A stretch of DNA of 27,934 nucleotides, taken from assembly GCA_963847625.1 (NCBI GenBank), contig CAWKAR010000037.1, forward strand, positions 1 through 27,934, in the 5' to 3' direction. The translations under genes and the position numbers were made by a program. Of this stretch, positions 1-9,002 are shown in pieces. This DNA comes from a candidate division FCPU426 bacterium. GTDB lineage: Bacteria; Oederibacteriota; Muellerivitia; Muellerivitales; Muellerivitaceae. Every line of letters starts with the position of its first letter. The first letter of the stretch is position 1. The notes beneath the pieces were generated by a model. It saw only the letters and a list, made by a program, of their open reading frames with translations, made no database searches and was not told the origin of the DNA.

Positions 1-2
1 CC

Positions 3-117
3 ACCCAGTTCATGGGAGGATAACCCAGTTCAAAGTGGCCGGTCACCCAGTTCAAGGGGTGGATAACCCAGTTCACGATGGCAGGTAACCCAGTTCAAGA
101 GGAGATAACCCAGTTCA
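3..117 (+). repeat. Array of six ACCCAGTTCA direct repeats with variable 10-12 nt spacers (iteron/centromere-like); may continue beyond the window start
   Basis: Exact 10-mer at 3, 23, 45, 66, 88 and 108 (periods 20, 22, 21, 22, 20); no reading frame on either strand stays open across the whole array. Confidence 0.9.
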
Positions 118-143
118 AAAGCCAGTAATTCAAGGAGGATGCC

Positions 144-1682
144 TTGGCCGATGAAAAGCTCGAATCTATAGCATGGTTGGATAATCTGTCTATTCTGTCA
201 GCCGAACTGAAGAAAAAAACACCTCCCGATGAAGAAAAATTGGCTGAAACCTTAAAAATCGGCCAACGGATGTTGGCATTCTACATAGCTATTTATCATT
301 GTTTCGATCCAGCAGCCATTGTTAAGGTTCGCAAGGCTGCGAAAGCTAATCCGCCTTATGAACTTTCTTTAAATAGTGCCCGGGTGCTAGCCCGGCGGGA
401 TGGCAAGGTTAACGACCTTCCGGGAAAGTTCCATGAAGCCTTAGATGTGGTTATTACGCACCGCCTGATTCCCCTGAAAATCAAAGGTCTGGTGGACCAC
501 ATTTTAAGCGGCAAACCGGCCAAGGAATTCGACCCAACCCGAGTCAAAAAAAAGACGCGTTCCGATAAAAAACCGGGGATTAAAGAAAAGACCGAAGCGG
601 CCCAAACGGTTCTTGACCAACGGCTGGAAGAAGCTACCCAGGCCGGGGAAGATACCGATGTTCAAACGCCAAAGGCGGCCATTGACCAGGGCAAGGCCAA
701 ATTTGGTTGGTTGGATTTTGTGAAGGGGATTTGGAGCATCGCGATTTTGGCGTTCATCGTATTTTTTTTAAAATGCGCCTGGCATGACTTTAAAACCGGG
801 GAGTCCAAGCGGTATTTATCCGACGCCAAGGCCACGCCGGCAGTTGCCAATAATCCAAGCGGTTCAAATGAGGCTACGAATGCAGAACCCACCTCAATTC
901 ATAATTCATCATTCAAAATTCAAAATTCGGATGCGATAGCATCCGTCGCGCCCGTTGCTTGGAATGCTTCCATCGAATCTTTTACCCAATTAAGTAACGA
1001 ATTTTTACCCATCCCCAATTATTGCCTGGTCAAGGCCATCCTCCCCCCGCCGATGGCAAGAATGGACGAGGCCATGGCCGTGAACTTACTATCCCGTCTC
1101 GGGGATTCCAGCAAATATTCCGTCTGGTATGGGAATGACAGCGTGACCGTCGAATCGGCTGTCGCGAATCCCGAATCCCTGACCCTGGCTTTCGGGGGGA
1201 AAGATTCGGTGGTCTTGGATTGGAATGGCCTAAAGGCTCTTCATTGCGATGAATTGCAGGTCGTCGCGAATCACAACCTACAGATCATTTATCAATGCGG
1301 ATTGGTGTCATCCCAATTGGAAAAAGCCATCGAGGTCGAATGCCCTTCGCAGGATGATTTCAACAACCTGGTATCAGCCCTGCTTTATTGGGGCAAGACC
1401 GTGGCGCCTTCGGGCCTGCCTTACCTTCACCAGGGCATGGTGATCGAAAATTCAGGGCTGGTTGCGGTGATTTGGGCCGGAAGCCCGGCGGATCAGGCGG
1501 GTATGAAGATCGACGACGCGGTTTGGGGGGTGGGCCAAAACGGTGCCCGCAAACCAAAACCCATCGAAGTGGTGAACCAATTGGACGCCCTGAGCCCGGG
1601 CAAGCACGAACTTTACGTGATACGCGACGCGAAGGTGTCCCCCAAAACGCCCAGGATGAGGCTGGAAATAAACGTACCATAA
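144..1682 (+). CDS. Membrane protein with N-terminal ParB/Spo0J-like HTH region, single TM helix and C-terminal PDZ domain
   Basis: AAGGAGG RBS at 132-138 before TTG; EEKLAETLKIGQRMLAFYIAI...LSLNSARVLAR resembles the ParB HTH plus the LSxGHARAL helix; TM at GIWSIAILAFIVFFL; VIWAGSPADQAGMKIDDAV matches the bacterial PDZ GSPAxxAGLxxGDxI motif. Confidence 0.7.
   Translation: MADEKLESIAWLDNLSILSAELKKKTPPDEEKLAETLKIGQRMLAFYIAIYHCFDPAAIVKVRKAAKANPPYELSLNSARVLARRDGKVNDLPGKFHEALDVVITHRLIPLKIKGLVDHILSGKPAKEFDPTRVKKKTRSDKKPGIKEKTEAAQTVLDQRLEEATQAGEDTDVQTPKAAIDQGKAKFGWLDFVKGIWSIAILAFIVFFLKCAWHDFKTGESKRYLSDAKATPAVANNPSGSNEATNAEPTSIHNSSFKIQNSDAIASVAPVAWNASIESFTQLSNEFLPIPNYCLVKAILPPPMARMDEAMAVNLLSRLGDSSKYSVWYGNDSVTVESAVANPESLTLAFGGKDSVVLDWNGLKALHCDELQVVANHNLQIIYQCGLVSSQLEKAIEVECPSQDDFNNLVSALLYWGKTVAPSGLPYLHQGMVIENSGLVAVIWAGSPADQAGMKIDDAVWGVGQNGARKPKPIEVVNQLDALSPGKHELYVIRDAKVSPKTPRMRLEINVP
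896..930 (+). repeat. Heptamer tandem repeat (AATTCAW-like x5) inside the CDS
   Basis: aattcat-aattcat-cattcaa-aattcaa-aattcgg. Confidence 0.7.
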
Positions 1683-1686
1683 CGGC

Positions 1687-1714
1687 AATTTTGAATTCTG
1701 AATTTTGAATTATG
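1687..1714 (-). repeat. Heptamer tandem repeat x4, inverted relative to 896-930
   Basis: aattttg-aattctg-aattttg-aattatg; the reverse complement is cataattcaaaattcagaattcaaaatt. Confidence 0.7.
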
Positions 1715-1949
1715 TGCAAATTCACATTTTTTATACCCGGCCTATGGCCGGTTAATTGAATTAAATTTGTACTATACCAGCCCCAATATTAGCTTTATGG
1801 AAGGCTGGCATGAATTTAGGAAGATTTTCTTTTAGAAAATCCTCAATAAGAACTTATCGGCGTCCATCGGATTTGATCGGCGGTTCCATGGCTTTTTGCT
1901 TTTACTTGTTGTTAAGGGATACTTACCAAAATCAATTAGGAGCATATCC

Positions 1950-2657
1950 ATGAAAAAGTTTATATGTTTTTTCGCCGCGCTGGCCATCCTATCCTCGGTC
2001 TCGTTCAGTGCTATAACGAACCCCACAAGCAATTCCGGTACAAACTCCCCCAAGGCCGTTAAGCCCAAAAAAAAGAAACCAGTGGCGGTTAAAACCGTGG
2101 AAAAGAAACCCACCCCTCCTCCACAAGGGCATGGGTATATCCAATTGCAAGGCGGGGAGATTTTCCCCGCCAGCAGCGACGCGGTTTCGCATTTAAACGC
2201 GGGCTCTTGCGGCGAGATCCAGGCGGGTTACTCTTTCCCCGGGAACTTTTCCCTGGGCTTGGAGTACGGCATTGGGAATTTCTCCTTTAAAAACATGTCT
2301 TCGGGTTATTCCGCGACCCTGTCCCACAGTCCCTTGGAGATCGTGGCCCAAACCAATTTCCCGATTGGGGCCGGTTTTTACCCCTTTGTCCTGCTTGGCG
2401 CCGGCATTGCGATGGATTCATTAAGTATGACCCCCGCGCCCCCGGCAAGCGCGGTTACAGGCTGGACCAATATGGAGTTGGACCCCGGCATCGGGTTGGG
2501 ATTCGAATTGGCGGGGGGCATGGATTTATTCCTGCAAATGAAAATGGCGATGGATTTCGAGACGACGGCCGAAAGCAACGCGTCAAAAGGCAAGCTTTAT
2601 TCCGACAACCCCATCATCTTATTCCCCGTCCAGGGGGGCGTGAATTTTAAACTGTAA
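1950..2657 (+). CDS. Outer-membrane beta-barrel protein (OmpA/OmpW-like small barrel) with Lys/Pro-rich N-terminal linker
   Basis: AGGAG RBS at 1938-1942, ATG 1950; signal peptide MKKFICFFAALAILSSVSFSA; amphipathic strands (IQAGYSF, FSLGLEYG, FYPFVLLGAGI, PGIGLGFEL); terminal strand FPVQGGVNFKL. Confidence 0.8.
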   Translation: MKKFICFFAALAILSSVSFSAITNPTSNSGTNSPKAVKPKKKKPVAVKTVEKKPTPPPQGHGYIQLQGGEIFPASSDAVSHLNAGSCGEIQAGYSFPGNFSLGLEYGIGNFSFKNMSSGYSATLSHSPLEIVAQTNFPIGAGFYPFVLLGAGIAMDSLSMTPAPPASAVTGWTNMELDPGIGLGFELAGGMDLFLQMKMAMDFETTAESNASKGKLYSDNPIILFPVQGGVNFKL

Positions 2658-2748
2658 AATAAGACAGAATCGGCGGATGGGAAGAGTTGGGTGAAGAAGT
2701 TGATTCTTTTTGTACCATAAATTTTAGGGACTTATTTACTTAACTCCC

Positions 2749-3381
2749 TTATTTTTGCCCCTCTTGTTTATCAATAATTTCAAAAGTCCCATTAACTATA
2801 AAAGATGTGGGTTGCTGCAATTGAGGTGGGATATATGAATAAACAGTTTTTCCATCTTCATCAAAAAAAGTTTTTGTTCCAGACTGACCCCCTCCTGGAG
2901 CTAAATATGGTTTAAAAATTTGTTTTCCATTTTTTAAAAAAACTAAACTACCTCCCCACGGGCCGTCATTAACTACCTGGACAGTTAAATTTGTCTTTTT
3001 CCCCGGGATGGGGGTATTAATGGGAATCGCTCTTGGATGGGCGTTTGGTAAAACCTCTTTCACAAAATCAATATTGATTTTTTTCACTTCTTTTTTAGAA
3101 GTGGGAATTAAAAAAGCCTGGCAAATCATTACACAACACAATAAAAATACAATTCCCGTTAAAATCCGTTTTAAAAGCAAGTTCCAACTAAAACTGATTG
3201 GCGAATAATAAATTAATATTCTTATCAATATTCCAATTCCAAACCAACATAATGAAGCCAAATATGGATTTACTGTTATCCCCATGTTTCGCTCCCCCAA
3301 ATCAAGGAGGACACACACCAAAGCACATATAGCAATAACAACTTCTTTAGTGTGTTTTTCGTCGGCAATAGGAGGAGACAT
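2749..3381 (-). CDS. Hypothetical membrane protein (about 3 N-terminal TM helices plus soluble C-terminal domain)
   Basis: 210-aa ORF in AT-rich DNA; hydrophobic segments VVIAICALVCVLL, YLASLCWFGIGILI, ILTGIVFLLCCVMICQAFLI. Confidence 0.7.
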   Translation of the reverse strand: MSPPIADEKHTKEVVIAICALVCVLLDLGERNMGITVNPYLASLCWFGIGILIRILIYYSPISFSWNLLLKRILTGIVFLLCCVMICQAFLIPTSKKEVKKINIDFVKEVLPNAHPRAIPINTPIPGKKTNLTVQVVNDGPWGGSLVFLKNGKQIFKPYLAPGGGQSGTKTFFDEDGKTVYSYIPPQLQQPTSFIVNGTFEIIDKQEGQK

Positions 3382-3517
3382 ACCAAAATTCTCTCAAATA
3401 TGTCCTTAAAATAGGAAAATAATTCAGGCCCTTTTTTGTGGGATTTTTGGGGGTTATTCATGGACATCCCCCAGTTAAAAAAGAGTTATATAATAAGCTA
3501 AAAAGGAACCATAAAAA

Positions 3518-4306
3518 TTGAGCCCCACAAAGTCCAGCTATAACAAAAGTAATAAACGGTACCCAAAAAGCATCAAGTCTAGAATTTTCGGTTATATAAA
3601 TCTAAAAAAATCCAAACCAAAAAGTAAGAATAAGAAAGAAAAACATCAAGAAGAGCCTGAAATAATTACAGCGAAATGGACGAAAAGATTGGCCATTTTC
3701 ACTATAGGATTGTTCGTAGTTGGAATTTTCACGGCTGGAATTTTCTATCTCCAATTGTGGGAAATGCAAAAAGATCATCGGGAAGATCAAAGGGCTTGGA
3801 TGTCCATAAATAATATTAAGCCAGTATTGAAAAATCATGATCCTGTTTTTTTTCAGGTCGATATTGAAAACACCGGGAAAACCCCGGCCTTGCAAATAAC
3901 AGGATGGATTGGAATTTCCGAATCTTTGGTATTGGCTGAGAATTCTTTCGATAATCCTACTGCACCAACTACGCCAATTAACTACCTTAGACATAACAGC
4001 CTGGATTATGGTTTGCAGGCACCAGGAGATGCTTGTTGTATAGTTACACCCGGAATAATAACGAAAGAAGCAATAAAAAGGATGCGAAGCGGTGGAAGCT
4101 TCTACATTTACGGGATGATAGTCTATAGGGATATATATGGAGTACATCATTGGACAGAATTTTGCCAAGGTTTGGAGCCCACTTCCAACTTCAACAACTT
4201 TGGGGCGGTAGGAAAACATAATCAAACAGATGATGTGAAAAACGAAAACAAGAGTAATTATCTTGATTTTATTCATACTTTATTCCCATTTTTGAATAGG
4301 GCGTAA
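3518..4306 (+). CDS. Hypothetical single-pass membrane protein with beta-rich extracytoplasmic domain
   Basis: 262-aa ORF; basic N-terminus, TM LAIFTIGLFVVGIFTAGIFYL, then QRAW...ENTGKTPA...YIYGMIVYRDIYG, a pattern recalled from uncharacterised accessory proteins; start codon uncertain. Confidence 0.75.
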   Translation: MSPTKSSYNKSNKRYPKSIKSRIFGYINLKKSKPKSKNKKEKHQEEPEIITAKWTKRLAIFTIGLFVVGIFTAGIFYLQLWEMQKDHREDQRAWMSINNIKPVLKNHDPVFFQVDIENTGKTPALQITGWIGISESLVLAENSFDNPTAPTTPINYLRHNSLDYGLQAPGDACCIVTPGIITKEAIKRMRSGGSFYIYGMIVYRDIYGVHHWTEFCQGLEPTSNFNNFGAVGKHNQTDDVKNENKSNYLDFIHTLFPFLNRA

Positions 4307-4415
4307 AGTAAATAAGTCCCTAAATAAAATTCAGACCGCTCGCGTTGGCTTAACAAAACACGCATAGGGAATCGCAATTTCGACGCTTTCCAGGAAGCCC
4401 CTGTTGTTTTCCCGA

Positions 4416-4676
4416 TAAGTCAAAAATCATTCTCTGCAGATAAAAAACTGACATTTTTTCCAATTTTTTCAAGTTACAGAAAAATTTCAGAAACAAACAA
4501 TTCGTTTGGGTGCCAAATATTAGGTATTTTCTTGTGCAATTTTCCCAATAAATACGGGATAAAAAATTCTTTACTACTCGGTTTTAACGTTAATGAAGTT
4601 CAGATGACCTCTCTTTGTTTCATTCTTTGGGACTTTGCCATTCAAACACCGAAAACTTGGAATGGTTTTTGCGAGT
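4416..4676 (+). promoter_or_regulatory. Sigma-54 promoter with upstream tandem enhancer-like boxes (copy 1)
   Basis: GTCAAAAATCATTC 4419-4432 and GATAAAAAACTGAC 4439-4452; TTTAACGTTAATG 4583-4595; TTGGAATGGTTTTTGC with GG 4659-60 and GC 4671-72 (GG-N10-GC); same layout at 10546 and 22958. Confidence 0.75.
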
Positions 4677-4767
4677 AGTAAATAAGTCCTATAAAAAAGC
4701 GTTTTTATGCAAGTTTAAATGTGAATTGATTTAAAGACAAATGGGTTAAAGCGGGGAAAGGTTTGTA

Positions 4768-5151
4768 ATGGAAGACATGTCTTTTGCGGCGCGGGAGATG
4801 GTTACCGGACACGAGGCGGTCACCCTGGAGGTGGATGGATCGCTGGATGTCAACACGGCCGGGATTTTGGAATCCACGCTCCAGGATCTCGTGATGAAAA
4901 GGAATAAGTACCGGATCATCCTCAACCTGGAAAACCTTTCCTATATCTCAAGCGCCGGCATCGGGGTTTTAATGCGTTTCACCCAACTCACCCGGAAAAA
5001 CCACGGGGATATCCTGCTCACCCATGTGAACCACGAGATTTACAATGTTTTCGAGATGTTGGACCTGACCAAGATATTTCAAATCCTGAAAACCCAGCAG
5101 GACGCGTTAGGCGCGTTCGGGGAGAACCGTTTTTTCCAATCCCAAAGATGA
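4768..5151 (+). CDS. STAS-domain anti-sigma-factor antagonist (SpoIIAA/RsbV family)
   Basis: VTLEVDGSLDVNTA...IILNLENLSYISSAGIGVL...IYNVFEMLDLTKIF; conserved phospho-acceptor Ser in ISSAG. Confidence 0.92.
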   Translation: MEDMSFAAREMVTGHEAVTLEVDGSLDVNTAGILESTLQDLVMKRNKYRIILNLENLSYISSAGIGVLMRFTQLTRKNHGDILLTHVNHEIYNVFEMLDLTKIFQILKTQQDALGAFGENRFFQSQR

Positions 5152-5178
5152 AACGAAGATGCTTTGAGGAGAGTACCG

Positions 5179-5550
5179 ATGTTTGAAGCCAAGCTATTCG
5201 TCGAGAACCGGGTTTACCGGAGAATGCTGTTGAAGATCAACGTCGGATACCGGTTGATATTGGAGCAGCAGGAAATCGAGCTGGTCCTCCTCCGCCGGAA
5301 AAACGACCAGAACGCCCGGACCAAGGACATCAGCTTGGGCGGCATGTACATCCTGGCGGATCATGTCTTGAAAGTGGGTTACCTCCTGCGCCTCTATATT
5401 TCGCTTCAAGAAGGCGGGAAAATCCTGGCGCCCCTCGCCGAGGTGGTGTGGACCAATGGAAAGGGAAGCGGCCTGCGGTTTTTATCCATGCGCCACGAGG
5501 AAAAAGAACAATTGAGGGCTTACTTGGAAAAGGTTTCTTTTTCCAATTAG
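5179..5550 (+). CDS. Stand-alone PilZ-domain protein (putative c-di-GMP receptor)
   Basis: GAGGAG RBS at 5166-5171, ATG 5179; RxxxR (RVYRR) and DxSxxG (DISLGG) motifs, AEVVW...GLRF...EQLRAYL. Confidence 0.9.
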   Translation: MFEAKLFVENRVYRRMLLKINVGYRLILEQQEIELVLLRRKNDQNARTKDISLGGMYILADHVLKVGYLLRLYISLQEGGKILAPLAEVVWTNGKGSGLRFLSMRHEEKEQLRAYLEKVSFSN

Positions 5551-5671
5551 ACGTCGTAAAATAACCCTGCTGAAAAAAACTTAAACGCGCACATGAACGT
5601 TGCGTGAACATTTACCCGCTGTGTGAAATCATCCCCTGACAGGCCCATTCTCAGCCCCGGAGTCATCGAAA

Positions 5672-6292
5672 ATGTATTTTATTCCGAAGATTTTTTCCTC
5701 TTTACTCAAGCAATCCAAAGATACCGATTATCCTTCCCAATACAAACAGTTAAAGAAAGCCATAAAAGCCAACGAGGATGATGACAACTTGAAGGCCCGG
5801 TTTATCAAGTTATGCCTGGTGACCCACATGGCGGGTACGGAAATCCCCGAAAGCCACCTGGCGGAGGTTTTGGATCTGTTTGAGAAAGTCATCCGCGCGG
5901 AGAACTTCGACCTGGAAATCCATTACCTGGTCGGCCGGCATTACCAGGGGAAGGCGGATTCACGGGCCCGCCGGGTGTACCTGGACGGCCTTGCCCAGTT
6001 CAACCAGAACATCCAAAAGTCCCCCTTCCTCAAATCCGACCATATGGACCTGGCGTACGCCATCGCCCTGAACCTCCTTCCGCTTCAAGAGGGCGGTGTC
6101 GACCCGGAACTTGAAAAGTTCTTCCAAATCGTGCGCAAGTCCTACCCGATTCACGCCAAGTGGTCCGAGATCGAGAAGGAGTTGGGGCAGCACAAGGCCG
6201 ACAAAGCACGCCTCCAAAAGCTGACCGAGGAACTCCGACAGCTCAAGTTGCAAAAAGACCTGGACCGGACCAAACACGTCAGGAAAAACTGA
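5672..6292 (+). CDS. Hypothetical all-helical protein (TPR-like) with C-terminal coiled coil
   Basis: 206-aa ORF with host-like codon usage, GGAG upstream; LFEKVIRAENFDLEIHYLVGRHY...ARRVYLDGL is TPR-like. Confidence 0.7.
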   Translation: MYFIPKIFSSLLKQSKDTDYPSQYKQLKKAIKANEDDDNLKARFIKLCLVTHMAGTEIPESHLAEVLDLFEKVIRAENFDLEIHYLVGRHYQGKADSRARRVYLDGLAQFNQNIQKSPFLKSDHMDLAYAIALNLLPLQEGGVDPELEKFFQIVRKSYPIHAKWSEIEKELGQHKADKARLQKLTEELRQLKLQKDLDRTKHVRKN

Positions 6293-6430
6293 CAATCCAT
6301 TCGGATTCCAATAGGTTTTAACAAGAAATTTCCAAGCCCTCGCCCGTCGAGGAAGACTTTCCCCTAAGGTTTTCCATCCTTGAAAATCCGCGCCAAAAAC
6401 TCCTCAATTTTCATGGTTTTTTTACTATTT

Positions 6431-6470
6431 TTAAAAAGTTCGGATTAAATCGGCTATTTGCCGTCTAGAG
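6431..6470 (+). promoter_or_regulatory. Conserved upstream motif AAAAAGTTYGGATTAAATC-N5-TTTGCCGTCTA (candidate alternative/ECF sigma promoter)
   Basis: Near-identical copy at 7897-7931 upstream of the paralogous lipoprotein; degenerate copy at 8912-8930. Confidence 0.55.
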
Positions 6471-6512
6471 ATTAGGAAATGGGATCAACCTCATTTATCC
6501 CCGGAGTCAAGT

Positions 6513-7802
6513 ATGAATCGGGATCTTCTTCTTCACACCACGGCCCTTTTGGTTTTGGGGGTATTCGCCCTAATAGCTGGATGCTCCAAAGAATTTAGAA
6601 CGCCTTCCATGCCAATGCTGCCCGCAACCAACACCCCGATTTTAACCGCTACCACTACACCCCTCATTCCGACGAACACACCAACGGATTCGATGACGCC
6701 TATGGCGTCCCTCACCGCTACGCCAACGGCTTCGCCCACGTTGACGCCCACGTCCACGATGACTTCGACCGATACGCCGACGGATACCAGCATCCCAACT
6801 GATACACCTACACCCATCTTTACCGTTACTCCTACCTCGACCTTTACCCCCATAGTCCCTACGGTTACTTCCACAGATACGATGACGGATACATACACCC
6901 CAACTGATACGCGTACACCCATTCCACCTGTACCCACGATGACACCCACGCCCACATTCACAATGGTTCCGTACATTACAGCAACGTTCACCCCAACGAT
7001 AACTCCCACGCCCACCCTGACCTACACCCCTTTTCCCACTTATACGCCCACTGATACCTCCACCCCCTGCATGGTGAACGGCAACACCTGCACACCCTCG
7101 GAGACTTTCACCCCAACGAATACATCCACTCCGACCAACACCTCCAACATTACCAGTACCCCAACCCGCACGCCGACTTCGACACCCACATCAACCCCGA
7201 CATCCACACCTACAACGACCCCCACAACTACACCATCCTCAACCCCTACCACAGATTGTAGATTAGTTAATTTTTATGTTACAAACGGGGCCAATACTGT
7301 TTCGTGCGGGACAACGGCAACGTTTAGTTGCGCTCTTGGGGCTGCTAATCCCAGTTGCGGATACAACACCAATTATACATTGTGTGGAATCGGCTTCAGC
7401 GTTTCCCTTACTGGCAACCTTTCGAGCCAAATTCTGGAAGTGCAAGGACCCACAACCACCACAACTTTGGCAGATAGCACGTTTTATTATGAAAGTCCGT
7501 ACCTTGGCAATCCGGTTTACCTTAGTTTTGTGCTTTCCCCGACGGCTTCAGGGCTGATTTATGTGACCTTCAGCAGCGCATGGGGTAAGACGTCCGCGGC
7601 TCCCGTGGTGGGCGGGGGTTTCATCATTTCAAACGTGTCTAACCCCGGCGGACCGATAACTGTCATATGTAATAATCCCACTTCGACCCCTACAACCTCC
7701 CCCACACCCACGCCAACCAACACGCCCACGTCTACGCAAACGAATACAATGACACCCACAGCTACCTTAACATCCACACCTACATCCACCCCCACGCCCT
7801 AA
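6513..7802 (+). CDS. Thr/Pro-rich lipoprotein with a Cys-bracketed beta-rich domain
   Basis: Lipobox-like LIAG-C after an h-region; about 210 aa of TPT repeats; domain C-RLVNF...[13 protein letters not shown]...[11 protein letters not shown]...NPGGPITVIC; TP tail. Confidence 0.85.
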   Translation: MNRDLLLHTTALLVLGVFALIAGCSKEFRTPSMPMLPATNTPILTATTTPLIPTNTPTDSMTPMASLTATPTASPTLTPTSTMTSTDTPTDTSIPTDTPTPIFTVTPTSTFTPIVPTVTSTDTMTDTYTPTDTRTPIPPVPTMTPTPTFTMVPYITATFTPTITPTPTLTYTPFPTYTPTDTSTPCMVNGNTCTPSETFTPTNTSTPTNTSNITSTPTRTPTSTPTSTPTSTPTTTPTTTPSSTPTTDCRLVNFYVTNGANTVSCGTTATFSCALGAANPSCGYNTNYTLCGIGFSVSLTGNLSSQILEVQGPTTTTTLADSTFYYESPYLGNPVYLSFVLSPTASGLIYVTFSSAWGKTSAAPVVGGGFIISNVSNPGGPITVICNNPTSTPTTSPTPTPTNTPTSTQTNTMTPTATLTSTPTSTPTP

Positions 7803-7896
7803 ATGATTGGGGGGGAGCTTTTGAGCCAGCTGGCTTTTTTTGCCCATAAAATCAACCAAAATCCCCTGAAAAATAAGGGTTTTTTAATTATTTTGA

Positions 7897-7935
7897 AAAA
7901 AGTTTGGATTAAATCCGCCGTTTGCCGTCTATAGG
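7897..7935 (+). promoter_or_regulatory. Second copy of the GGATTAAAT...TTTGCCGTCTA upstream motif
   Basis: GGATTAAAT 7906-7914 and GCCGTCTA 7924-7931, same spacing as 6442/6460. Confidence 0.55.
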
Positions 7936-8007
7936 TAAGAAATTGTGAAATGCCCCATTTAGCCCTATTTCACCATTTCGGATTCCAATTTATTTCCGGA
8001 GGTAAGT

Positions 8008-8847
8008 ATGGATCGAAAGTTTATTTTTCAAGGCACAATTTTTTTGGCGGCGTTGATCATCGGAATCGTGTCGGGTTGCACAAAAAACTCCAATATCCCT
8101 TCCTCGCCGGTACTTTCGGATCTCAACGCGCCGGCATCCGCCAACCAGCGTGATCCCCGTTTTGGGTTCCCGCGAAAATCACCGACGCCCACCCCGACCA
8201 AGAAACCCTCCCGCACGGCCACCCCCACGAGAACGCCCCTCCCCACCAACACCCCGGTCAACATTAATACTCCCACGAACACACCCACGCCCACCCCGAC
8301 CTTCACCTCAACCAACACTTCGACCATTACCGGCACGTCAACTCCTACATCAACTTCGACATCCACTTTGGTACCAACCTTAACCCCCACCCCAAATTGC
8401 AGTTTGGTCAATTTTTCCATTTCAAATGCGGCCAACACGGCTTCGTGCGGGACTACGGCAATAGTAAATTGTTTTTTTCAGACGGCTACATACAGTTGCA
8501 TTAACCTTAATGATTACGTGCTGACTGGAATCTCCTTCAGCGTTTCCCTCACGGGCAACCTTTCGAGTCAAATTCAGAAAGTGCAATTATGGAGCAACGC
8601 AGGCGGTACTGGCTCTTTGGTGGCCACCGTGTCAGGGAGCACGGCCACTTTTTCCGGATTGTATCTTCCCACTGGCTATATATCGATTGGTTACGTGCTT
8701 TCCCCAACAGCTTCAGGACAGATTTACACGGCCCTTAACTATGCATACGGAACTGGGACTGTAGGTTTCACCGAGTCATTGGTGACTAACCCCAGCGGAC
8801 CGATAACTGTCGAATGTAGTACGCCCACGCCCACCTCCACGCCATAA
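8008..8847 (+). CDS. Thr/Pro-rich lipoprotein, paralogue of 6513-7802
   Basis: GGAGGT RBS; lipobox-like IVSG-C; shared blocks [37 protein letters not shown]. Confidence 0.85.
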   Translation: MDRKFIFQGTIFLAALIIGIVSGCTKNSNIPSSPVLSDLNAPASANQRDPRFGFPRKSPTPTPTKKPSRTATPTRTPLPTNTPVNINTPTNTPTPTPTFTSTNTSTITGTSTPTSTSTSTLVPTLTPTPNCSLVNFSISNAANTASCGTTAIVNCFFQTATYSCINLNDYVLTGISFSVSLTGNLSSQIQKVQLWSNAGGTGSLVATVSGSTATFSGLYLPTGYISIGYVLSPTASGQIYTALNYAYGTGTVGFTESLVTNPSGPITVECSTPTPTSTP

Positions 8848-9002
8848 GAGATTATTTGGAACACTCGGGAGATCGTTACCAACGCGTTGGAGCCTGGGCG
8901 CGGGAAAGAGGGCCGTTTGCCGTGGATAGGGAAGAAATCGTGAAAAGTAGGTTTTAAGCCCATTAAACATTTTCGGGTTGTCGTCCGGATCTGGAGGCAA
9001 GT

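Larger units (their letters stand above)
2723..4324. mobile_element. AT-rich ~1.6 kb cassette bounded by perfect 19-bp inverted repeats, no transposase (putative non-autonomous element or invertible segment)
   Basis: TTTAGGGACTTATTTACTT at 2723-2741 and its exact reverse complement AAGTAAATAAGTCCCTAAA at 4306-4324; the interior genes are visibly more AT-rich than neighbouring genes. Confidence 0.65.

Noticed and set aside
3..117. CRISPR array interpretation of the repeat-spacer pattern
   Set aside because: Repeat (10 nt) and spacers (10-12 nt) are far too short, and there are no cas genes in the window
1737..1751. Hairpin CCGGCC-TAT-GGCCGG after the PDZ gene as a terminator
   Set aside because: Short stem, 3-nt loop and no convincing U-tract
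1806..1820. Sigma-54 site TGGCATG upstream of the beta-barrel gene
   Set aside because: The -12 position is GG rather than GC and the enhancer boxes are absent
2710..2745. Xer dif/pdif site at the cassette end (CATAA...TTAT)
   Set aside because: The spacer is 11 nt rather than 6, the XerD arm is not matched and the right end has no XerC-like arm
3602..4276. 224-aa minus-strand ORF
   Set aside because: Fully antisense to the better-supported 3518-4306 gene, with no recognisable features
6446..6467. Sigma-28 (FliA) promoter TAAA...GCCG
   Set aside because: TAAA-to-GCCG spacing is 10 nt rather than about 15, and the -10 is GCCGTCTA, not GCCGATAA
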